A DNA stretch of 60,544 nt, counting the filler, from Hausera hauseri (taxonomy: Eukaryota): assembly GCA_046269625.1 (NCBI GenBank). It is 10 parts of 10 records of this genome, joined end to end, with 100 filler letters (N's around TTAATTAATTAA, not from the genome) between each part and the next. Parts side by side here need not be neighbours in the genome. Positions count along the whole stretch, not along the records: positions 23,161 to 27,935 come from JBJURY010440469.1; positions 28,036 to 33,210 come from JBJURY010315830.1; positions 33,311 to 40,100 come from JBJURY010064995.1; 7 more parts are not named here. One strand, given 5' to 3'. The notes beneath the pieces are model-generated. The model was not told where the DNA came from. It did no database searches and saw only the letters and a list, made by a program, of their open reading frames with translations. Each line of letters opens with the position of its first letter. Position 1 is the stretch's first letter. The position numbers and the translations under genes were made by a program. Shown piece after piece: positions 23,841 through 36,825 of the stretch.

Positions 23841-25088
23841 AATTGCACTTTCGACTTTTAAGATATACTTATTCATGTGTCTTTATTATGTGCAATAAAA
23901 TTGAACAATGGCCATAGTTGAAAAAAAACGTTGAAAAAAACAAAAATAGGAATCAGTGCATTTATATTTAAATTTTGAATTTTGAATCAAAAACTAAATG
24001 TCTATACAGATTGTTGCTGCATATATTGGGCAAGCTGAGATACAGTTAGGTAGTGCCCTTTTGGAGCTATTTTGTGTTGCACATGGAGTAACGTGAGAGG
24101 GGAAATTGGCAGAACAAAGAGATGAAATTTTAAAACTGGCTAAGATGGAAATTAAGTCTGAATTAATCAGATTGCCTTTGCGAAAACTGTCAGAAACGTA
24201 TGGGAAAAATTTCGGGTGTGTGCAGAAATATTTCTATTGCCGACGATGTCCCAGAGTACTATGGATCAGTACAATTCTATTTTAGACACTTACTCTGCAA
24301 TGGAATATGTTTATTACGGAATTCTGTTCGTCAACGAGTCTTCATCAAAAAGGAGTTAATCATTTGGGTTGTGTAAGACTAATGTACATTCTGATGAATC
24401 GTCTTCTAAATCAAATGGTTTTGTGCATCTTTCTCTCCCATCAGTATCGATATAATGAGACGTATCACATTGTTGTTGACAAAATCTTGATCAAGGTCGT
24501 ACCATATCCATGAGTTTATTTTTCTGTCCTCAGTTAGGTTCCCATTGCCAGTCAGAATCAAATTAGATATGGGCGATTAGATGTTACCGATTTAACACGT
24601 AATGTAATTTTGGGTGACGGACCTTTTCTGAACTTCTCATTCGAACACAACAAATCCACGTCCTGTTGTTTGTTATATTGCTGCTACTTCGGCCCGAGAG
24701 TGGTTTATAATGCTGTGATAAAAGATATTGTTAATTATAAAAGTTGTTTGCGTTACTCGTTCGTTCATTTTTTTGGTGTCAGCGGGCGTCGTGATGTGTG
24801 TGCACTTGAATGTATGTTTGCTAAAATCAGTTTGAGTGCGTAGGAGAAATTATTAAGGGTGGACAGTGTTTTTCGGAGAAAGATTCCCCGTTAAGAGGAG
24901 CTAGAGGTGGTTATGAGATTGATATTCATTTTATTTCGTGGTAATTTACAATAAAATTGTTAGCTATGAAAGGAGAAAAAATATTCGAAAGAGGAGTAAT
25001 ATATCGGGTGTGTTTTCATCTTGTATCAAATTTACGAACTCAACAAAATCGTTCGGTGCGTATATTATAAATTCTCCAGCTCTTAAGG

Positions 25089-27935
25089 TTAATATGCTGA
25101 AGAATCAAATAGAGCCTTCAAGATCAAAAATAGGCCCATATTGGAAAACACAAATATAGCTGATTGGCTGCATGAAGAGCATATGAAGCTGATCCATGAA
25201 GCCGATAAGAGCCAGGATAAGAAGAGTGGATGGGCTCTGGCAACCATCAAGAGACTGCTTATATATGTACACAGATATTCCCCCATGCGAGGCAGTTCAT
25301 ATATACAGCTTCCGGACTGGATCGCTAATAAGAAAACATGTATCAATGTTCAAAACAATGACAACAAGTGCATCATGTATGCCATTTTATCAAAACTCGT
25401 AACGGATCAAAGGCATGCAGCAGATCGGATTTGGCTATATAAGTATGTGCAACACAACTATGACTTTCAATGCATCATATTCCCTCCATCCATAGATAAA
25501 ATCAAAAAGTTCAGCCGCATCAACAACATGTCCATCAATATCTTTTGATTGGATGAGAAGAACAAATTCTACCCCTTGCAAATATGTGATGATGAATTGG
25601 AAAATCATAGGGATCTGCTCCTATTAGACGATGGTGATAAGAAACATTATGTGTGGATCAGGAATTTTAAGCGTCTAGTCAGATCCCAAATAACAAATCA
25701 CGAACATGGAATCGAAATATGCAAAAGATGCTTATCGCATTTCAGCGGCAAGTTAGCTGTGTAGAAGTTGAAGTAGCACAAGATGTATTGCAACAACAAT
25801 TATTGTGTAAGGTTAGAATTTCCCAAAAAGAATTATATCGAATTTATGGAATTTGAGAAGAAGATCAAAGTCCAAATTGTCATCTATTGCGACTTTGAGG
25901 CTATTCTCAGACCACTGTATACATGCACCCCCAGTCCTCAACATAGCAGTACAACAGCATACCAATATCACGAACTCTCATCGTATTGTATGTATGCCAA
26001 AGGACTAGACAATGAACCATATCTGTTTAGAGGTCCAGGTGAAGCAGCACATTTCATGAAGAGACTTGAGACATGGCTCATAAGCTTGAAAACATGTTAC
26101 AGCAATATAAGGACGACATGAGCATGTCTTAGATGCAAGAACAAGAATGGCGCAAGGCAGCATCATGCTACTTGTGTGACAAGTTCTTTACCAAGGGAAA
26201 TTGGAAAGTTAAAGATCACTGCCATTTTACAGGTGCATACCGGGGTGCAACATGTAACAACTGCAATCTACGATGCAAAACATGCACATATGTGCCGCTG
26301 GTATTCCACAATCTCAGCGGCTATGACAGCCACTTCATAGTCCGAGAATTAGGCAACATTGATGGCGATATAGAAGTGACCCCCAATAGTGAGGAGAAAT
26401 ATATCACTTTCACTAAGCATGTTGGTAAAATCCGATTTCGCTTCATCGATAGTTTTTGATTCATGTCGTCTTCACTGGGCAGTTTAGTGAAGAACCTGCC
26501 TACTGAAGAACTCAAGGAAACGAAGCGATTCTTTCCGGATACCTTTGACCTAGTTAAAAGGAAAGGAGTGTTTCCCTATGACTATAACATTATGGGAGAC
26601 ACTGGATGAGACCTCATTACCACCCAAGCGTGGTTTTTACAGCAAGTTGTCGGATAGGGATATCAGTGATGAGGACTACCAACATTCTCAGAACGTCTTC
26701 TACAGGCATTCCAATGCAGAACATTAGGGGAATATAGTGATATATATCTCTAAACTGATGTGCTGCTGCTGACAGATGTATTTGAAAGTCTCAGGGATGT
26801 CACAATGAAGCGCCATACTTTTGATCTAGCTCATTTCTTCACGGCTTCAGGGATGAGCTTGGCAGCAATGCTGCGCTATACCGGTATCAGGCTGCAAATC
26901 ATTAAGGACTACGACATGATCCCTATGATCGAAAGAGGCATTAAAGGGGAATATGCCAAGCCATTCATCGGTATAGTGAGGCTAACAACAAATATATGGC
27001 TGAATACGACTCAACAAAGGAGTCAACATATATTTCTTACCTGGATGCTGACAACTTGTATGGATGGGCAATGACCGTCCCATTGCCATATGATAATCTC
27101 AAGTGGGTTGAGCATCCTGATGACATTCCTATCATGAACCTGGACCCCGCTGGAGATATTGGCTGCATACTTGAGGTGGATATGGGATATCCGACTTCTA
27201 TCCACACAAGGCATCAACAGCTGTTTTTCCTCCCTGAATTCAGACCACCGCCCAATGGAAAGCAACGAAAGCTTCTTTGCCATTTTGGTAATAGGGAGAG
27301 GTATGTAGTTCACTACATCAATCTCCAGCAGGCAGTTAAACATGGACTCCGCATTACCAAGTTTCACAGAGCCCTCAAATTCAGCCAGTCCATGTGGTTG
27401 CAGTCCTACATTGATCTAAACACCAAGTTGTGGACAAATGCCAAAAGCGATTTCGAAAAAGACCAATTTAAGCTCTATAATAACAGCGTTTTTTGGCAAG
27501 ACGATGGAAAATATCCGCAACAGGATCAGCATCGAGCTTGTATGTGCTGGAAGCGTGCAAAGAAGCTTATTTCAAGGCCTAACTTTCATAGTAGAACCAT
27601 ATATGCTGAGAATTTGGTAGGGATCCATATTCTAAAAACATCAATAGTATTTAACAAGCCCATATATGTGGGTATGGCAATATTGGACCTATCAAAATCC
27701 CTAATGTACGACTTCCATTGTGATATAATGCTGACAACATTTAAGTCCATACAGCTGATGTATATGGACGCTGACAGTTTTATCTATCACATCGACGCGG
27801 AGGACATGTATAAGGACTTTTTAAAATTAGCCCAGCACATAGATACCTCGGATTATCCGAAAGATCATCCAAATTATTCTAGTACCAATAAGAAAGTCCT
27901 CGGGAACTTCAAGGACGAGGTGTATGGTAAGATAA
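25089..27935 (+). pseudogene. Protein-primed family B DNA polymerase of a Polinton/Maverick- or adintovirus-like element, decayed and 3'-truncated
   Basis: GSSYIQLPDWI, IYCDFEA (ExoI), DHCHFTGAYRGATCNNCNL (endonuclease VII-like), FHNLSGYDSHFI, RFIDSF, KGVFPYDY, YLDADNLYGWAM, KLYNNS/FGKTMEN, YMDADSF; many stops and frameshifts. Confidence 0.92.
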
Positions 27936-28382
27936 NNNNNNNNNNNNNNNNNNNNNNNNNNNNNNNNNNNNNNNNNNNNTTAATTAATTAANNNNNNNNN
28001 NNNNNNNNNNNNNNNNNNNNNNNNNNNNNNNNNNNCGGGTTTTGTTTAATAGGATTATATGATGTTGAATAACATTGGTTCTACCGATGTCATTGTCATT
28101 CATAGCTATAATATCTCGATATTTGTGAAATAATTGCAATAGTTTTTTCAATTGATATGGGGTTAAATCGCCGTCTTTAAATTTGATATTTTTATCTTCT
28201 ACTTAGAATGTTGCTAAGCATACTTTAACCGGTTGTAACTGTACTAAATTGAGGTTTTGCAGTAATCTGTTTGCCTTTTTATTAACGCTTTCTATTGGCA
28301 GTTCTAAAAATTGTACCCATTTTGGTATAAACAAAGGATATTGTAGAATCTTATATTTTTCATTATTATACAAATTCGGTTC

Positions 28383-28830
28383 TTACATACAAAGTTGCTT
28401 GTGGTATTGCGGCGGTATTGTTAACATTACTACTACCTGCTGTTGTGATCTGATAATTACGTCATGAGTCAAAGTCATGCTGATTTCCTCAATTGGCAAA
28501 TTAATCATCGTGTATTTGAGGGTTTTGGTTGATAGGTCCATTGGGAGACTTGAAATTTGAGATAATAAATACATTCCTATTACCAAGGATACTTGCAATA
28601 TTTTGTCGTCCACCAAAAACAGAATGATGGTATGTAGATTTTCATCAATTCTTATTTTGATGTTTATTTTTCCTGAAAATTGTACTTGTGTAGAATTGGC
28701 CGCTGCTATTACCATATCACTCGGCATAAATGTTTCTTTTTGATCGTCAATCAAGCATGAATGTCGAATCATTGACATGCATGCACCGGTATCTAGTAAT
28801 GCCATAATATTTAATCCGTTAAATTGTACT
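28383..28830 (-). CDS. Ty3/Gypsy-type aspartic protease
   Basis: VQFNGLNIMALLDTGACMSMI...IAAANST.V..SG.....LVIGMYLL. Confidence 0.9.
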
Positions 28831-29279
28831 CAAATGTAGCGGTTATTTCCTGTTGTTATAGTGGTTTGAGTCATAAAAATGAATTTTGTATTATTTCGTC
28901 GAGTATCCGCGGTATTATATTGTCGGAGTACATTTTGTGGATAAGCAGTGCTTGGTAAGCAGGTATATTTATCCAAATCTCTTGCCATTGGAAGATCATG
29001 CATGGACGTGACCTTCATTTCTCTGTAATCAGGATATTCCGGGAATTCATCAATAGGTTCGGGTTTATAGTATGTTGGTACTTCTGGCTCGAAGTGTTGT
29101 CTAGCTTTCTTTCTCACTAATTTATATTTAACCAGACATTCTTCCGTTGTTAACTTAATAAAACTTGTAACTGTTGTTCTAGTTCTGGGGCTAGACGAAG
29201 TTCTTTTTTTAATTTGTCAAGTTCCTTTCATGCCAGTACATTAATCCTGATTGAGCCATTAAGGGAAAACATACAAGCA

Positions 29280-31110
29280 TAATTTGCCATGTACAACCAC
29301 GTACTTTCTTTATATTTCTGGCGACTCCTGTTTGTCTTAATATAGCCATTATAGTGGTAATTATAACATAAATACCAAAAACTCCAGATATTACCTGACC
29401 AAAAATAAGGAATTTATTCCAGACGTCATAAAGGACTTTTATGCTGTTCTCTCTAAATGGTCAATTGGCAATAACATTTTATAATTAGGTACACCATCTG
29501 ATCCTTTTGTAACAGTATATACGAATTCTGTGATAACTTTTCTCGAATATTCTAAAATAATTCCTGTTTTCTTACTGCCTCCAAATCCGTTAATGAATAC
29601 AATCCACTGGTGGGGAGTTCTCTATTTACTTTAAACTTTATACCTTTATCCTGTTGTAACAATCCAATCGTCTGCGGTATATTCATCGTAGTTGGAAGCG
29701 TGTGTTAGTACACCTTCCGTCATTAGGTTTAAAAGCTGGATAGAAATTCTTGTAACATGGTGCAAAACTAATTTCTGTAGGTAATAACAATTTTCGAGTA
29801 ATAGGATCTACATATCCGATTTTAAGTATGTTTTTCTCTTTATATTGAACCATTAATTCATTTGTGCAATTTTCTCTTGTGCTCGTTATTGGGGTTATCT
29901 GTATTGGAGGGCACTGATATACATGGCGTATTTCACCTTGTACCCTACCAAATGTTTCAGGGCGATATTCCCTAATTAAGACAATATGTTCTGGGAATTC
30001 TCTGGCTAGTATTAAATCATTCTGGTTCAATTTTTGAGTAATTTTACAGTCTCTTAGTACCACCATGTTATATAACTCAACTAAATCCATTTTTGCCGTG
30101 TAATAAATATAATCTATCTTGTTGTTCGTGTATAGGTACTACTTTATATCTTCAATTGGTAGCTTTCCTGTATTTGCTAGAATTACGTTTATTAAAAATA
30201 GATCTTCATAAGATGTAGAATAAACGGCATTCGATCCACAAGTCTATACTGCTCCTTTGCGTGCCAATACGATTCCATCTTTGTCGCTGGATGATATTAA
30301 GACTTTTAAAGAAGTGGTCTGTTTTAAGGTTCGTGGGGTAGGTAAACTTATACTATGGTTGTGTACAGGTTCTTGATATTTGTTATCATAATATAAATTA
30401 TTTTAGATTTTATACATAGATACTTGTTTAAGGAAAGCTAGTGGACATATTACGACCGTTTTTTCCCAAACTAGGGTAGATTCTCCTAATGTACACACTT
30501 CATCAGAATATGTATAAGATGGTGCGGTTAATATTTTTCCTGCAATTGCATTGAAGTTTACTTTATATTCCTTTATGGTGACAGTAAAATCTTCTATTTG
30601 TACCACAGCGGATTCTTTTTGTCCACTTATCATCATACTTTGTCCTTTACAAACTCCACCATATCCTGGCCATATTTTTATGGCTGGAACTATACGTGAA
30701 TAAACTCGTTTTCCTATGCCTGCCTGTACTAGCTGTTGTAAGCCTACGTGAATTGAGTCTGTGGAATTTATACAATTTTCATCAGTTATTGTTACGGGCG
30801 TAGGTAGTCCTGGTGCAATAATTACTGAATTCCACGAATTATGACCGCAATTATAAGCAAATAACTTTATTAATTTGACATTCCTTTACTTGCACTCGTT
30901 GATTGCTGATTCTTTGATACAAGTTATAAATGTAAAGACCTTCCTTCTTTACTGATATTAGATTTGCGTTTTGATATTTACCTATATCTACCAGTGAAAG
31001 TCTGGCTATTATTTCTGGTTTGGAGCAATCGTAAGCTTCTAATGCCTTCGTAGTTTTTAGGCTACTAACGGCTATTAAATATAATAACAGATGAATAATT
31101 TGTACTTCCC
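29280..31110 (-). pseudogene. env: Envelope glycoprotein (chuvirus-G/gB-like), fragmented
   Basis: Hydrophobic leader then AYDC (31026-31037); fragments 30403-30636 and 29683-30090 align with copy B (IEDF.V.IKEY, GES.L.WE, GRVQGE, CTNEL.V.Y, YVDPITR); conserved TM. Confidence 0.8.
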
Positions 31111-32745
31111 AATCTGAGACATTGGTATCTTTGGGGTGTATTAATGTAGTGGTGTTAAATTTCTTGAGGATTTCGTCCCAACCACTTTGTTTGGTTACTC
31201 ATTCTTTCGTTAACTTACCCATATGATGGGCTAAATTCCTCACTATATTGTGTAACTTGACATCAACCTCTGTTTGGTTTTTAAAGCTTACCACTATGCA
31301 TCCTAATGTCATCAGTAGTGGTTTAGATAACATTCCTTTAATAATGGTGTCAATGCTTTATTCAATCCACCTTTCAATTTATATTTATGTAATATTCTCG
31401 TAATTTGTGATGAGAAGTTTCTAGCAGTTTCTATTATGGACTGTAATGGAATTGTTGTTATTGTTGGTATCTTCTTGAGTTGATATGGATAAGCTTTCTT
31501 AATTAATTGTTCTAAGAGTTCATTAGTTGTCAATGTTACCTTTGGTACATCTATTTTGTTTTCATCCAAATTTCCCGGAGTAGGATTTTTTATTAATTCA
31601 TTTTCATCATCACTAATAGTAAATCGCTGGATGTTATCACATAATATATCTTCTAACATTTCCCGTTGCTCCTTACGTTTTCGCGACAAAGGTCTTTTCT
31701 TTCTTTGCCTTTCTGGCTTTTCTTATTCGGAATTTTCTTAATCATCACTTATTGGATTAAAATCGCATTTTTGTGGCCTCTCTCCTTTTTCTTGGTGCCA
31801 AATTCCATGGCAATCTGATGAATTTTTCCAGTAAGGAGTCCATAATCTACAACATAATCGTTGTCAATGGCCAATCTGCTATAAACATCAGTTTTCGCTG
31901 TTATATTACTTTCTAGATCTAATTCCTCTCGCACCTTCCTTCGGAGATCTTTAAATTTGGTTAACATTCCTGCTGTTACTTTAATTACTTGTTTCCGCTT
32001 ATTAAACCTAATTTCTATACTTATAATGCATGGTTGTTTTCTTCTGTGTTTTCGTCTCAGATCTCTTCAAAGAGCTTTTAGTAACTTTCGTGCGGCTGAA
32101 AAGCAGAAAACGTCATCTTTTGTTAGCGGCAGGAGTAAAGGCGCACATTCTATTCGACTAGTTAATGGTAGTGACTCATATTGTCGTAAAGCATTTCATA
32201 CTTCATTAGGTGCTGAAACAGTCATATGTAATTTAGCTTTAATTATTTCAGTTACTGATTCTGGAGGTTTGTCGTGCACTATAGAACCTGGTGGAATATT
32301 CATTTATGGAAAGATTTTTGGGTTTTCCATTGGCAATAGTGTAGTTTCAGGATATTGGATCACGTCCGATGTAAGTATAAGTTCATTGTCTTCTAGGATT
32401 TCGAACATTTCGTCTCCATCGACTACTCGTGGTTCCTTTTTGGAGGTACTTGGGTGTATTGAATCCCAAATACTTTTTAATAGCGTGGGCCGTTGGGGTG
32501 GAATCTTTAATTGGGGAAGTGGTGCGACTAATCTATCGTTATAAGGTTCTATCCATTCTCCAGTTGATCTTGTTCTGACGAGCTCATGTGATTATTCATC
32601 ATAATCCATATCCGTATGTCTGAGCAATTGGTTCGATTACTGGAATTGTTGTTGCTTCTTCAATTTTCTCAAGTTTTCGTATTGCTGGAAAGGCTATTCG
32701 TAATGTTTTCTGGCTTTCTATTATTCATGGTATATTGTATTCTAC

Positions 32746-33195
32746 TCATACTGTCCTTAAGTATTTGTCTAGACATCTTTGTGCCATAATTTCTGAGTTA
32801 TGACCATGATACAGGTCTAAACATTTGTAGGTTCTGTTATTCTTTTCCAGGTCGTAGATGGCGGTTAGATTTGCTGGATTTATTCTCAATGCATTTAATA
32901 ATTCTGGAAACTGGCGAGCGATAATTACTTTTCCTGGTAAATATTTATTCACAAATTCGTTTACTGACTCTTTTCGTTGAGGATTGGATCTTCTACTATA
33001 TTCGGTGTACTCTATAATATCTGGTATGTTCGGATACACATCAATATTGAGAATTGTTTTTCCTTCCAAATTTTTGGCAGTAACTTGTGTAAGTCCTTTC
33101 TGGTCTCCTTTGATTATGCATCCACCTGTAAAAATTATTTCTGTGTCCTGTCTTACAAGTTCATCCGCGATAAATATGGGTATTTTTTTAAGCAA
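32746..33195 (-). CDS. Degenerate REX4/ISG20-like DEDDh exonuclease domain
   Basis: LTQVTAKNLEGKTILNIDVYP, VNEFVNKYLPGKVIIA...LNALRI and HGHNSEIMAQRCLDKY follow the REX4 pattern, but the acidic catalytic residues appear replaced. Confidence 0.5.
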   Translation of the reverse strand: MLKKIPIFIADELVRQDTEIIFTGGCIIKGDQKGLTQVTAKNLEGKTILNIDVYPNIPDIIEYTEYSRRSNPQRKESVNEFVNKYLPGKVIIARQFPELLNALRINPANLTAIYDLEKNNRTYKCLDLYHGHNSEIMAQRCLDKYLRTV

Positions 33196-33442
33196 TTGTA
33201 TTAAGTATATNNNNNNNNNNNNNNNNNNNNNNNNNNNNNNNNNNNNNNNNNNNNTTAATTAATTAANNNNNNNNNNNNNNNNNNNNNNNNNNNNNNNNNN
33301 NNNNNNNNNNTATGTCCGTCTTCTTGAATTTGGTACACTTTTCCTCCATCGTAATATATTTCAGGCGGGAATCCATACAAAACCTGTAAAAGTTGTTGAA
33401 AAGAATAACCAAAGGAGATCACACAACTTTGAAGGTGGAGTA

Positions 33443-34120
33443 TTGGTGACGCCTTCGAGATTAAACTTCTTGTTTGGCAGTTATGATAATGAGGAAAGGA
33501 ATAAAACGCTTGACTATGTTATAGAAAATAACAGGCGTAAAAATATAAGTTTGGAGAAAAGTAAAAGACTCGAAAGGAACTTGGAGGAAAGGATAAGAAT
33601 CACAGAATTAGAAAAGAGAAATCAGATGAGTTCGGAAGACGCCGAAGAACGATCGTTAAAGCAAATTAAAGGGGAAGGAAAATCAAAAAATCCAAAGAAA
33701 ACGGTTGAAATAGAACAGAATGAAATAGGGAACGTAAACAAAGGGGAAGATTCAGCCACTCGGGATAATGAAAGGGAGAAACAAATTATATTGCGATGTA
33801 GTGGAAAAAACTACATGATAGGATCGGCCGACCTAAATTCTCGTAATGTATTACTCAATCACGTGAAAAGGAATTTAAGGGTTAATGGAGAGTTCAATGT
33901 GTTGTATAATGGGAAACCTCTGCGCACGGATGATGAGGTGAGAAACCTAAAACATGGGTCGACCGTTCAAGTAACATTTCCATTGAAAGGGGGAAGCGAA
34001 ATGACGGCTGATGAACTCGAGGAACGCATCGCCGGACGTCGAAGATTCATAAATGAGCTAGCCTCAATCAGTTATATGAATTATTATAAGAAATCTGTAA
34101 GTTGTGTCAAAAAAACTTGA
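33443..34120 (+). CDS. Charged coiled-coil followed by a ubiquitin-like domain ending in di-glycine (33778-33994)
   Basis: KQIILRCSGKNYMI....FNVLYNGKPLRTDDEVRNLKHGSTVQVTFPLKGG|SEM; the frame is open from near the contig start. Confidence 0.7.
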   Translation: MVTPSRLNFLFGSYDNEERNKTLDYVIENNRRKNISLEKSKRLERNLEERIRITELEKRNQMSSEDAEERSLKQIKGEGKSKNPKKTVEIEQNEIGNVNKGEDSATRDNEREKQIILRCSGKNYMIGSADLNSRNVLLNHVKRNLRVNGEFNVLYNGKPLRTDDEVRNLKHGSTVQVTFPLKGGSEMTADELEERIAGRRRFINELASISYMNYYKKSVSCVKKT

Positions 34121-34126
34121 TCAGGA

Positions 34127-34965
34127 CTATACAATTTGAACCAAATATGCCATAATTGTGATGTAATAAAATAATAAAAAATAATATATCATAGAATTAT
34201 GTAAGAGCAATTCATTCATTATAACCTTTTCAATTTTTACAGGTTTATCGACAACTTTAAAGTTATCGGATTTAAAAATATCCCCCGTCATTTCTGCAGT
34301 TTTCGATTTTTTATTCGACGACAAAAAATGATCAGGAGAAAATCCGGATTCACTGTCTGATGATGAATCGTATGCAGCTTTTTTACGTTTGCTTTCTTTC
34401 TTCGTTGGGAAATTGTTCAGTTTCGGCGACATCGAATGGTCAAAATTACTCGACAGCATTTTTTCCGACTTGATCGGTTCGAAATCAGATGATTTTACAT
34501 GTTTATGGTTTTTTGTTGATGACGACAAACGAGTTGACGTCGACTCTTCACTGGGGGCTCGTTCGGTTTCGGTTTTGATTATAAGAGTTGTTTGAGCGGT
34601 CTCGTATTCGTCGTACATGCGTATCATTTCTTTCTGTAAAATGGCAAACGATATTCAATGCTACGGCATTGAAGGAAATTACCACTCGGTCGTAAACTTT
34701 AGGGAAAAATCTATCGGGTTTCAGTGGTTGGTCGTTATGTTTTCTTACGTATTCGAGCATTTTTGATAAAGCTTTCATGTTTTCCGCTTCATCGTCATAC
34801 GTTTCAATGGGTATCTAAACATTAGAAGAGCTGAAATTCTGTATGATATTGGACGAATATACAGATTAGCCGCTAATTGACAAATCTAATCACTAATGCA
34901 GTTGTAAGGAACAGCACCTTACTGCTGGTGCGCGGTTTACAAGTTCTTCAAGTTGTTTAATCATT
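34127..34965 (-). CDS. Spliced host gene of unknown function (S/K-rich)
   Basis: MIKQLEELVNRAPA|gtaag, then IPIETYDDEAENMKALSK..KVYDRV|gt..ag|KEMIRMYDEY with short introns. Confidence 0.4.
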
Positions 34966-35151
34966 TGAAATATTATTGCAAAGAAAGCTAAAATTGCGCA
35001 TTATTGGCTACTAAATGTTACGTCATTTCGTACTTCTTAGATTTGCCCCGAACATGCAGAGGAATTTTGATTTTTCATAAAATTTTCGTTTCTTTTTTCA
35101 ACCAAAGTCGAATTTCCAGTTTGTCATTAATGTTATATCAAAGTACAATGT

Positions 35152-36825
35152 TAGGGTTATGAAAAAAAAAATTTTTGCCTGGAGCAAAGAGAGATGAGTT
35201 TTGTCATTTAAAATCTCGTCACGTGAATATAGAATATAGATTTGTGATCAATAGAATGTGATCAAGACTGCATTGAAAATAAGAATTATCTCACTTGAAT
35301 TCGTTTTTTGGGTTTGTTTGCTTTGCAATTACAAATCAGCGTTTAAATTTCGTTACTTTAATATTGCGAAATTATTTATTGATTTATGCTTTTAATTTTT
35401 AATTTTGATGTACTCATAAATTTTAATATGTTTTCATTTAGACATTTGAAAGGGTTCAACATTGTTTAATGAAATCCTGTAAGGTAGCAAGAGAAATCGT
35501 GGACAAGAATGCCAAGAAATAGTTGAAAAATTTGCCTCGGCCATGAAAGAAGCTGAAGTCTCAATAGACAAGAGTTTGACTAAATTTGTTAAACGCCCGT
35601 TGATGAATGATTTCATTGGAAGATTTTTATTTTTATATGACGAAATTAAGGAAAGAAACTCCAATATAAGTCAAGTATGTGATGAATTATTGGGATTATG
35701 GCGTACTGACAAAGCTGCATCAAGTTCTGCCGTCCATCCCTATAAGCGAAAATATCTATAATCAAATGAAGGGGGTTGTAGTAGAAATTGTTTCACACAA
35801 GATCTGAAACAAAGTGTGACTGTCAGTTCATCCGATGACGAAAACAACCGACAAATATGTGGAAGCTCTTCAGGACGTCTCTTGTCGCGCTTTTCAACAG
35901 TTTGCAGAAGTTTGACTTCAAGTACGATGACAGTGCAAACACCCAATCAGTCAGGAATATGTCGTCGGGTTATAAATGAAGGACACTTGACCAGAGAGAA
36001 TAAAGAAAATTTTATCTGACGAAAAGAATTTCTGTTTCCATTGCTAAATGTCATCTACTACAGAATAAAGGTTTGCTTGACAGTTACAGTGCCTGTTTGT
36101 GACACAACTCCCATTAAAACTAAACGAAAAATGGGCTGGTAGCAAAATCCAAAAGCAAATGTTGACACGTTTATCATCGGGTGTCAACACCACATATTGG
36201 ATCGCATTTTCAAGCACGGTTTGGAGTTCTTTACTGAAACGCCTACTACTCAGTCTCTATCGATGAATTATCTATTCGTGGATGAAGTGATACAGAAGTA
36301 TTATATGTAGAAGTACCCCTCAAACAACAAGACAATCCTGGATGCAGGGTTCCAATTTTTGTTTGAATTATCGAATTTACAACGATAAGATGAAATTTCC
36401 TATTCTCAAATGGCAGCACTTACCATCTCTTCATGCTGCACGGTGGAACTCTCGTGCTACACACTGCCTCATTGCTTTCTTACTTTTGCCTGCTTGGAGA
36501 AACAAACTGGAACTTGTGAACGATTTTGTGGCTAACAAATGGCAAGCAGCGTGGTTCTCGGAACAAATGAACAATGAAGAAATAACGACACGGTTATCAA
36601 CAGCAATTGAACGTCTTAAGTGTCCCTCCGCTTTAAAGTACTTTCAGACGCACTTGAGTTTTGAAGATTCCAGAATCGGTGTTTCGCGGACAAATATCAT
36701 CGCTGAACGAGGGGTAAAATTAATGGAAGAATTGAAAGCAACTTGCAAACGTGACGATTATCTCGACTTTAAATTTGTGGCTACGAATAATCTATAATTC
36801 CACAATGACTGACTAGTGAGTACAT
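35152..36825 (+). mobile_element. Decayed hATm-like DNA transposon
   Basis: Begins TAGGGT; remnants CDTT, GCQHHILD, LHAARWNSRA, NIIAERGVKL; right TIR not found. Confidence 0.65.

Larger units (their letters stand above)
28036..33210 (-). mobile_element. Internal part of env-bearing LTR retroelement, copy C: DEDDh-like - linker - Ubl - Bcl-2-like - glycoprotein - TM - protease - RT start; heavily decayed
   Basis: Minus-strand order: exonuclease-like 33195-32746, Ubl ~32030-31800, KE*VTKQSGWDEIL ~31207-31166, EAYDCSKP ~31040-31017, WNKFLIFGQVISG ~29420-29385, LLDTGA ~28800, pre-RT LLQLFHKYRDII..DIGRTNVIQHHI ~28145-28055. Confidence 0.85.

Noticed and set aside
25089-27935. Phage or bacterial DNA polymerase
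   Set aside because: The N-terminal GSSYI.LP region and endonuclease VII-like insert fit animal Polinton-type pPolB, and the context is eukaryotic.
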